Shown here: piece after piece, positions 49,021 to 56,018 of the stretch
How positions within the stretch are numbered: position 1 is the stretch's first letter
How the letters are laid out: every line of letters starts with the position of its first letter
DNA from: Chthoniobacteraceae bacterium
Lineage (GTDB): Bacteria > Verrucomicrobiota > Verrucomicrobiia > Chthoniobacterales > Chthoniobacteraceae
DNA length: 56,018 bases
Assembly (NCBI GenBank): GCA_040081625.1
Contig: JBEBGD010000027.1
Coordinates: forward strand, 1 to 56,018
Direction of reading: 5' to 3'
Notes under the pieces: generated by a model
Database searches by the model: none
The model's input: only the letters and a program-made list of their open reading frames with translations
Told to the model about the DNA's origin: nothing
Program-made: the position numbers and the translations under genes

Positions 49021-52000
49021 TTAGCGTTCCGCGCGCAAGTCGTCGAAGGCTGCGATTCCCGGTGCGGCTTCGTTCTGCCAGGTGCCCGCACTGAGTTCGA
49101 TCGACACCGCGCCGAGTGGGAGCCGTCGCGGGCTTGAGCGGAGCGTGGTCCAAGTGTTGGCATCGGCGCTGGTCTCGAAGGCGAGCGTGTCGCCCGCGAC
49201 GACGTGGCGGATTCGCCAGTAGCGATGCGCGGTCGCGTTGTAGTTGATCACCGTCGGGGTGCGCTGGCCGGCGATGGTCTGATCGAAGAAGAGGTAGCCG
49301 CCCTCGACGCCCATCGCTGCGAAATTCTGTCCGTCGATGCTCAGCGAGAGGATCGCGTCCGCCGCACCGCCGGGTGGCTGCACGGCTTGCACACGCACGC
49401 TTGCGCCGGCGAGGTTGAGCGGGTTGGAGAGGTAGCCGAAGTAGTGATCGCCGCCGACTCCGACGCGTGGCGTGATTTCCAGCCGCGCGTTGCGTTCAGC
49501 TACGAGCACGAGCGGATCGGCTCCGGCACTGCCCGCGTAAATGGTGCCGAGGATTGCGCCGAGGCGCCACTTCGCGGGGTCGGGCGTGTTGTCGTTGAAG
49601 TCGTCGGCGAGCAGGACGTTTGGGCTGATCGTCGCGGTCGTGCTCGCGGTGTGCGTGGCGCCGCTGTTGTCGGTGACGGTCAGCGTGACGTTGAACGTGC
49701 CCGCGTTCGTGTAGCCGTGCGCCGGCGTCGCGCCGGTGCCGGTTGCACCGTCGCCGAAATTCCACGCGTAGCTGGCGATCGTGCCGTCGGGATCGGACGA
49801 CGCGGAGCCGTCGAATGAAATCACCCCTCCGGTGGCGCCGACGTATGGCCCGCCGGGCCGCGCGACCGGCGGTTGATTCGTCGGCGCGGCGGTCACCGTC
49901 ACCGTCGTCGTCTCCTCGCTGAAGGTGCCGAGATTGTCGGTCACGCGCAGCAGGACCGTGTAAGTGCCGGCGCTGGCGAAAGTCTTCGCGACGTTTTCGC
50001 CGCTGCCGTTCGTGCCGTCGCCGAAGTCCCAGGCCCACGTGGTGATCGTGCCGTCGAAGTCGATCGAGTCCGAAGCGCTAAGCGCGATGACCTGCCCCGC
50101 GACGCCGGTGTAAGGCCCGGCGGGATCGGCGATCGGGGGTTCGTTGGTTGGCGCCGGCGGCTCGACTCCGCCGCGTTCCATCTTGAAGTTGTCAAAGATC
50201 GCCGTGCCCGGCGCGCTCTCTGGTTGCCACGTGCCGGCGCTCACCTCAGGCCGCAGCGCGGTGACGGCGAATTGCACGCTATCGCGGCGCAGCGTCTGCC
50301 AGTTCACAGCGTCGGCGCTTGTCTGAAAGCACAACTCCGCCGGCGGACCCGCGACGTGCCGGATGCGCCAGAAGCGATGCTGCGCGGGATTGAACGGCAG
50401 CCCGGTGATGTGGCGCCCGCCGCCGATGATATGGTCGAGATAGAGGTCGCCGCCTTCGACGACCATCAGCACGAGATTCTGTGCATCCTTGCTCACCGCG
50501 AGCATCGTGTCGGCGAAGCCCGAGGCTGCCTGCACGATCTCGACGCTCGCGCTCGCGTCGGTGAAGTCGCGCGCCGTAGTCGCGACGTAGCCGTTGTAGC
50601 GGTCGCCACCCACGCCGCTGCGCAACGGGATTTCGAGGCGCTGGTTGCGTTCGTCGAGCGCGATCGCGGCATCGAAGGCGGCAGCGCCGGAGTAGATGGT
50701 GCCGGCGATGGTGCCGGGCGACCACTTCGCGGTGTCGCGCGAGTTGTCATTGAAGTCGTCCGCGAGCAGCGTCGTTGTCGATGCGGTGATGCGGATGGGA
50801 ATCTTTGCTGACCACATGATCGCGCCCTGATTGTCCCGGGCGCGGGCGCGAAGATTGTAGGTCCCGGCGGGCGCGTTGAGCCACGTCGCGGTGTAGGGCT
50901 CGGTGGTATCGATGCTGATCCGTTTGCTGCCGCGGTAGAACTCGACTCGCGCGATCGTCCCGTCGGGATCGCTCGCGTTCGCGGCGATGTCGATCGTTGC
51001 CGGCGCGGTGAAAAGCGCGCCGCTCGCGGGACTCGTGATCGTCACGATCGGCTTGAGATTCCCGCCGGTGGTCGTGACGGCGAGATCTGCTGCGGGACTT
51101 GTTCCGCCATCGCCGTCGGCGAGCGTCGCGCGCACGGTGCGCGTCGTCGCGACGGTCGAGAGATACGTGACGTTGCGAAGCGCGGCCTGCGCGGCGGCCG
51201 GCGTCGCGGCGGCATTGAACATCACGACGAGCAGCGAATTGCTGACCGAGAGCGTGCCGATCGCGACTCCGCTGTGGCTGACACTCGCGCCGCTCACGCC
51301 GATCTGCCCGGCGCCGTTCCCTTCATTGCGAAGACCGGGCGTTTCGTTGCTCGTGCCGCCGACGAGCTGCACGCGCAACTCACCGCCTTCCAGGGTCGCG
51401 CTGTCGGCGTCGCTCGCGGTCGCCGCGGCGTCGAGCACGTTCGCACTTCCGACGGGCAAGTGCCTGCTCGCGACCGACCACGCGAGGCCCGGCACGACAT
51501 TGGTGATGTTCGGCAGCAGGTTGATCGAGATCGCGACGGTGAGCCCGAGATCGTCGATCACGGTCAGCACGTTCTCGTAGTAAAAGCCGGCGCCTTCGCC
51601 TCCGGTTGTCAGGCTCGCGTTCGGCCCGGCGATCGGCGCGTCGAGGTGTGCGTGGTTGTCGTGGTGGAGGATCGTCTGCCACGTGCTCGTCACCGGATGA
51701 CCGGGCTGCGGTGTGATTGTCGCGTTGAGCGGATACGTTGCCGCGGCGCCAACCGGATACTTCGTGCCATTGATCGGGCTTGTGACGACGACCACGGGTG
51801 GCGCGTGATTTGCGAAGACCGCCACGGCTGCGGTGCTCGTCGCGCCGCTGCTGTCGGTCACGGTCAGCGTCGCGTTGAATTTGCGCGTGTCAGCTGTGGT
51901 GAAGGTGTGGGCGGGATTCGCGAGCGTGCTCGTGGTGCCGTCGTCGAAGGTCCACAGGTAGCCGAGCGTCGGGCCGTCCGGGTCGAAGGAGGCGGAACCG

Positions 52001-53658
52001 TTGAACTGCACGGTGAGCGGCGACGGGCCGTAGTTAGGTGCGACGGTGGCGAGCGCGGTCGGCGTTTGGTTTCCGCCCGGCGCATACGTGATCCGGCGCA
52101 CGTTTCCGTCGAAGTGAATGTAGTAGAGCCCGCCGGTCGCCGGGTGTGTCGCGACGAATACAATAGGCCCCGTGCCCGACGCGAACGGCCGCACTTCGAC
52201 CGGCCGGTCATTCGCACCGACGACGATGTTCTTGATCCACTGCCCGCCGAAGTCGGCGTGGAAGTAGGTGCCGTGATACGCCTCGGGAAAATCCTCGGAG
52301 TCGAGGAAGACGCCGCCCGTCGAGGCGTTGCCTCGGAACGAGGGACCGGCCACCGGGCAGCCCGCGGAGCCGAGCGCGCTCACCGTCGCGGTCGTGCCGC
52401 TGAAAGTGCCCGTGCGCGCGAGGTCGGCGCCGTGCTGGAAATCGAGCACCGGGCGCGAATGGACCCACCTCGGGACATTCGCCGGCACTTGCTGCGATGC
52501 GTTCGCCGGATTCGGCCACGAGGGCGTCGCGAGTGTGTCTTGAATGAGCAGATCCTTGAATCGGAAGAATCCGCCGAGAGGATTCGGTGCGTCGAGATTC
52601 ACCGCGGGCGATGCCTGATACTGGCTCTGCGCCTCGAGCCCTTCGAACAATGGCCAGCCGCAGTTCTTCCCCGGTCCTGTCACCGCGTGCATGTCTTCCC
52701 ACGCGCTCCAGCCAACGTCGCCGAGGTAGATCGTGCCGGGACTCGCTGCGGCGGGATCGTGCGCGCCGGTGCCGGGCCGCAGCGTGATGCGATACGGATT
52801 TCGCAGCCCGAGCGTCCACACGCGCGACTTCGCCGAGCGCGGGTTCGCCGCGTCGAAATACGGATTGCTCGCGATGCCGTCGCCGGTAGCCGGATCGAGG
52901 CGCAGGATTTTTCCGTTGAGCGAATCGAGGAGCTGCGAGCGAAACGCGCCCACGTTTTCTTTCGCGGTGATGATGCCTTCGTTCAGCGCCTGCGCGGCGA
53001 GGCTGCCGCCGTCGGGACCACCGTCGTCCATCGCATTGTAGCTGGCGCCGTCGCCGCACGACGCGAGCAGCGTGCCGTCGGCGCCGAAGATGAGCGAGCC
53101 GACGCCGTGCGACTCGTGCAAGATCGGGAAGCCCCGGTTGATCGCCTCGCCCACGAGCACGCGCCGGCTCGCGGGATCGACGGTGCGGAATCCATCCGCC
53201 ACGCGCGCCGTGAAGCGCGTGATGCGCCCGATGCTGGGCGCGGTGTAGAGGTCGGTGGTCGCGCTGTAAGCCGGCGTGCCGAAGGTGAGCAGGTGATGCC
53301 GATCGACCACGTAGAGGAGGTAGATGAATCCGTTCTGCTGAAACTGCGGATCGAGCGCAACGCCGAGCAGCCCGAAGTCGCGCCACGCCATCACTTCCTC
53401 GCTGATGTCCACAAGCGGCGTCGCGAACTTCACGCCGTTCTCGACGATCCACACCCTGCCGCCGCGCTCCCACACGTAGCTGCGGTTGTTCGCCGCGCTC
53501 GTGTCAAAGGCGATGCCGACTGGCGCATTCCAGCCGCTGCCGACGGCTTGCTCGATGAAGTCGGTGGGAAGCGGCGCTGCGCGACCTGGTGCAAATGCGG
53601 CAAAAAAAACGGAGCAGAGCACGGAAGCCGCGCGCATGAGGAGTGATGGCTGTTTCAT
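49021..53658 (-). CDS. Large exported protein: PQQ-dependent sugar dehydrogenase-like propeller, 3 PKD domains, Ig-like domains, duplicated ~200-aa domain
   Basis: GLLGVALDPQF, LNGKILRLD, GLRNPYR, GDVG, NCGWP; SxDxDG...WxFxDG three times; LLADDFNDN...FD twice. Confidence 0.85.
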   Translation of the reverse strand: MKQPSLLMRAASVLCSVFFAAFAPGRAAPLPTDFIEQAVGSGWNAPVGIAFDTSAANNRSYVWERGGRVWIVENGVKFATPLVDISEEVMAWRDFGLLGVALDPQFQQNGFIYLLYVVDRHHLLTFGTPAYSATTDLYTAPSIGRITRFTARVADGFRTVDPASRRVLVGEAINRGFPILHESHGVGSLIFGADGTLLASCGDGASYNAMDDGGPDGGSLAAQALNEGIITAKENVGAFRSQLLDSLNGKILRLDPATGDGIASNPYFDAANPRSAKSRVWTLGLRNPYRITLRPGTGAHDPAAASPGTIYLGDVGWSAWEDMHAVTGPGKNCGWPLFEGLEAQSQYQASPAVNLDAPNPLGGFFRFKDLLIQDTLATPSWPNPANASQQVPANVPRWVHSRPVLDFQHGADLARTGTFSGTTATVSALGSAGCPVAGPSFRGNASTGGVFLDSEDFPEAYHGTYFHADFGGQWIKNIVVGANDRPVEVRPFASGTGPIVFVATHPATGGLYYIHFDGNVRRITYAPGGNQTPTALATVAPNYGPSPLTVQFNGSASFDPDGPTLGYLWTFDDGTTSTLANPAHTFTTADTRKFNATLTVTDSSGATSTAAVAVFANHAPPVVVVTSPINGTKYPVGAAATYPLNATITPQPGHPVTSTWQTILHHDNHAHLDAPIAGPNASLTTGGEGAGFYYENVLTVIDDLGLTVAISINLLPNITNVVPGLAWSVASRHLPVGSANVLDAAATASDADSATLEGGELRVQLVGGTSNETPGLRNEGNGAGQIGVSGASVSHSGVAIGTLSVSNSLLVVMFNAAATPAAAQAALRNVTYLSTVATTRTVRATLADGDGGTSPAADLAVTTTGGNLKPIVTITSPASGALFTAPATIDIAANASDPDGTIARVEFYRGSKRISIDTTEPYTATWLNAPAGTYNLRARARDNQGAIMWSAKIPIRITASTTTLLADDFNDNSRDTAKWSPGTIAGTIYSGAAAFDAAIALDERNQRLEIPLRSGVGGDRYNGYVATTARDFTDASASVEIVQAASGFADTMLAVSKDAQNLVLMVVEGGDLYLDHIIGGGRHITGLPFNPAQHRFWRIRHVAGPPAELCFQTSADAVNWQTLRRDSVQFAVTALRPEVSAGTWQPESAPGTAIFDNFKMERGGVEPPAPTNEPPIADPAGPYTGVAGQVIALSASDSIDFDGTITTWAWDFGDGTNGSGENVAKTFASAGTYTVLLRVTDNLGTFSEETTTVTVTAAPTNQPPVARPGGPYVGATGGVISFDGSASSDPDGTIASYAWNFGDGATGTGATPAHGYTNAGTFNVTLTVTDNSGATHTASTTATISPNVLLADDFNDNTPDPAKWRLGAILGTIYAGSAGADPLVLVAERNARLEITPRVGVGGDHYFGYLSNPLNLAGASVRVQAVQPPGGAADAILSLSIDGQNFAAMGVEGGYLFFDQTIAGQRTPTVINYNATAHRYWRIRHVVAGDTLAFETSADANTWTTLRSSPRRLPLGAVSIELSAGTWQNEAAPGIAAFDDLRAER

Positions 53659-53799
53659 GGTCTGGGGAGTCCGGCATCCGCGCCGAACGAAGAGTGGCCG
53701 ATTCCTTATGGCTTTTATGATGAACTGGCAAGCCTCGCGCACGCGAGCGCATCACAGGTTGCGCCCTTGCACGGCGGCGTGTTTCATCCCGCCCCTCTC

Positions 53800-55050
53800 G
53801 TGCGCTATTTCAAGGTCACTCTCTTCATCGGCTTCCTCGTCAGCCTCGCGGTGGCGTGCCTTTACGAGTTGGGCGCATTCTTCCAGCTCGACCTCGCGCT
53901 TTCGGGCTTCCTCGGTCGCGGTGCGCCAACGCCACTCGGCGACCGCGAGTTGCAATACCCGCTCTTCATCTTCCTCGCCTTCACGATCGCGTGGACGACC
54001 GTCGATATCCCGCGCTTCTCGCTGAAGATCATCGTCGCGGCGGCCGCGTTCCTCGAAGTGATCGCGGCGACTTGGATCCTGCACATCTGGGGCATCTTCT
54101 TTTCCTCCTTCGCCAGCGCCGCTGCGGTCGCGCTCGCCTTCCTCGGCGGCGTCGCCTACGCGCGCAGCGAAGGCGGGAGCCGGAAGAAGTCCGTGTCCAC
54201 GATCTTCGGCGACCGCGTCTCCAAGCGCACCTTCGAGGACCTCGTGAACTCCGATCTCTCGCTCGCCTTCGAGGGTGAGCGCATCGAGGCGACCATCATC
54301 GTCTGCGAGATTTTCAATCACCACGAACTGACCGAGTCGCTGCCGGTGAATGACTACGTCGCGCTGCACAACTCCTTCCTCAAGAACGCCGCCGACTTTC
54401 TCGTCGAGCGCGGTGGCTACCTCGACGAGTGCGACGGCGAAAGCCTGCGCGCAGTCTTCGGCGCGCCGCTGCCCGACCCCCGCCACGCCGCGACGGCGAG
54501 CGAGGCCGTGCTCACGCTGTGCCGCCGGCTCGACGAGGTGAACAAGGAATGCGCGCAGGTGTGGGGCAAGATGTTCGACTACCGCATCGGCGTGAACAGC
54601 GGCGAGGTCGTCGTCGCCGCCTACGGCTCCGGGCGCGTCGGCAATTTCTCCGTCGCGGGCGAGCCGGTCGAATTCACGCGCCGCCTCTGCGCGGCGAACA
54701 CCGTGTATCGCTCCCGCGTCCTCATTGGCTGCGAGACCTTCAACGACGCCGAGGGCGACATCGAGGTGCGCCCCATGGAACTCATCCAGCGCTACGCCGA
54801 CGCGAGCAGCCGCGAAGAAGTCTATGAGCTGCTCGCGCTCAAGCACGGCCTCACGGAGGAGGAGATGCAACGGCGTGACCTTTTCTGGCAGGGCATCGTC
54901 TATTATCGCGAGGCGCTATGGGACGAAGCGCTCACGATTTTCCAAAGCATCCGCGCGGTCGATGGCTCCGATGGTCCGGTCGAGTTCTACATTCGCCGCA
55001 TCGAGCAATTGCGCTCGGGCCTGCCGCAGCTTGAGTGGGCGGGACGTTAA
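53800..55050 (+). CDS. Membrane-anchored class III nucleotide cyclase-like protein, degenerate active site
   Basis: N-terminal TM helices; RGGYLD, VFGAP, RIGVNSGEVV, EVYELL; TPR-like tail. Start uncertain. Confidence 0.82.
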   Translation: MRYFKVTLFIGFLVSLAVACLYELGAFFQLDLALSGFLGRGAPTPLGDRELQYPLFIFLAFTIAWTTVDIPRFSLKIIVAAAAFLEVIAATWILHIWGIFFSSFASAAAVALAFLGGVAYARSEGGSRKKSVSTIFGDRVSKRTFEDLVNSDLSLAFEGERIEATIIVCEIFNHHELTESLPVNDYVALHNSFLKNAADFLVERGGYLDECDGESLRAVFGAPLPDPRHAATASEAVLTLCRRLDEVNKECAQVWGKMFDYRIGVNSGEVVVAAYGSGRVGNFSVAGEPVEFTRRLCAANTVYRSRVLIGCETFNDAEGDIEVRPMELIQRYADASSREEVYELLALKHGLTEEEMQRRDLFWQGIVYYREALWDEALTIFQSIRAVDGSDGPVEFYIRRIEQLRSGLPQLEWAGR

Positions 55051-55655
55051 TGAAACGCGTGGCCTATCCCGAAGCGATTGCGTTGCTCATCGCCGAGCTC
55101 AAGCGAATGCCCGGCATCGGTCCGCGCAGCGCCGAGCGCATCGCGCTTTGGATGATCCAGGCCCGCGACGCGCGGCCCGCGGAAATCGCGCGCGTCATCG
55201 CCGCCAGCACGCAGAGCATTCATCCGTGCGGTCGATGTGGCTTCTTCGCGACCGCGGCGCTGTGCGAATTCTGCGCCGACGGAACGCGCGACGCCTCGCT
55301 GCTCTGCGTCGTCGAGCAGCCGACCGACATCCTTCCGCTTGAGCGCACCGGCGCTTTTCGCGGCAGCTACCACGCACTCGGCGGCCGCATCGCGCCGCTC
55401 GATCACGTCGGCCCGGAAGACCTGCGCATCGATGCGCTGATCGAGCGGGTGAAAACGGAGCGCCCCGCCGAGATCATCCTCGCTCTTGGCTCGGACGTGG
55501 AGGGCGAGGCGACCGCGAATTATCTCGCCGGGCTGCTGCGCGAGCTGCCGGTGAAGATTTCGCGCCTCGCGCAGGGCCTGCCCGCCGGCGGCGGTCTCGA
55601 GCACGCCGATGAACTCACTCTCAGCCGCGCGCTCGCCGGCCGCACGGCGGCCTGA
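55050..55655 (+). CDS. recR: Recombination protein RecR
   Basis: MPGIGPRSAERIA, CGRC...CEFC zinc finger, LCVVE, YHALGG, VEGEATANY. Confidence 0.97.
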   Translation: MKRVAYPEAIALLIAELKRMPGIGPRSAERIALWMIQARDARPAEIARVIAASTQSIHPCGRCGFFATAALCEFCADGTRDASLLCVVEQPTDILPLERTGAFRGSYHALGGRIAPLDHVGPEDLRIDALIERVKTERPAEIILALGSDVEGEATANYLAGLLRELPVKISRLAQGLPAGGGLEHADELTLSRALAGRTAA

Positions 55656-55659
55656 AGCC

Positions 55660-56018
55660 ATGCGCACGCGCGTCGGTTCTCTGCTCGTGCTCCTCGGGTC
55701 GCTCAGCGGCTGCGGCTCGCCGCGCGAGCGCGCCGGGGAGACACTTCAAAAAGTCGGCGCCGATCAACTCCGCGCGGACGCCGCATTGCTCTACAAAAAC
55801 CTTTTCGCCAGCACCGGACCGGATTTCACGTTGATCAAACAGAGCGACTGGCCCGCTAGCTTCCGCGTGTTTGCGCCGCAACAAGTGGGCGCGTATCGCG
55901 ACGGCTTCAGCCTCGCGCTCGAACGGCAAGGTGGCCTCGAATCAGGCCTCTATGTCATCCCGAACCAGATGGAGATCGAGCCGCGCAGCGCCGGCCGCGC
56001 GCAGTTCGAGCGCATCGC
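55660..56018 (+). CDS. Hypothetical lipoprotein (partial)
   Basis: MRTRVGSLLVLLGSLSGC lipobox; open to the window end. Confidence 0.65.
   Translation, partial: MRTRVGSLLVLLGSLSGCGSPRERAGETLQKVGADQLRADAALLYKNLFASTGPDFTLIKQSDWPASFRVFAPQQVGAYRDGFSLALERQGGLESGLYVIPNQMEIEPRSAGRAQFERI

Overview
High-GC bacterial chromosome segment. Gene content (DUF1553/DUF1501 pairs, PVC-type integrase N-terminus, many exported hydrolases) suggests Verrucomicrobiota or a related PVC lineage (inference). Left arm (1-13.7 kb): exported enzymes, asd, ffh, rpsP, tRNA-Val(TAC). Centre: a ~27.3 kb decayed genomic island bounded by an exact 40-bp repeat (13771-13810 / 41022-41061). The repeat is the 5' half of the tRNA, not the usual 3' end, so the intact tRNA now has island DNA upstream. 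The island holds a dead tyrosine integrase, several gene fragments, two DUF1553-DUF1501 pairs and exported hydrolases. Nested between the first pair is a two-gene cassette: an XRE-HTH/dynamin-like GTPase fusion coupled to a YhcG PD-(D/E)XK nuclease, with its own promoter and palindromic operator. This is the best candidate for an undescribed defence system. Right arm (41-56 kb): ClpX-like ATPase, MOSC, mobA, a sigma54-type nirA/FeS-membrane anchor/nitrate reductase operon, a 1545-aa exported multidomain protein, a degenerate class III cyclase and recR. All calls are by eye; no searches were run.
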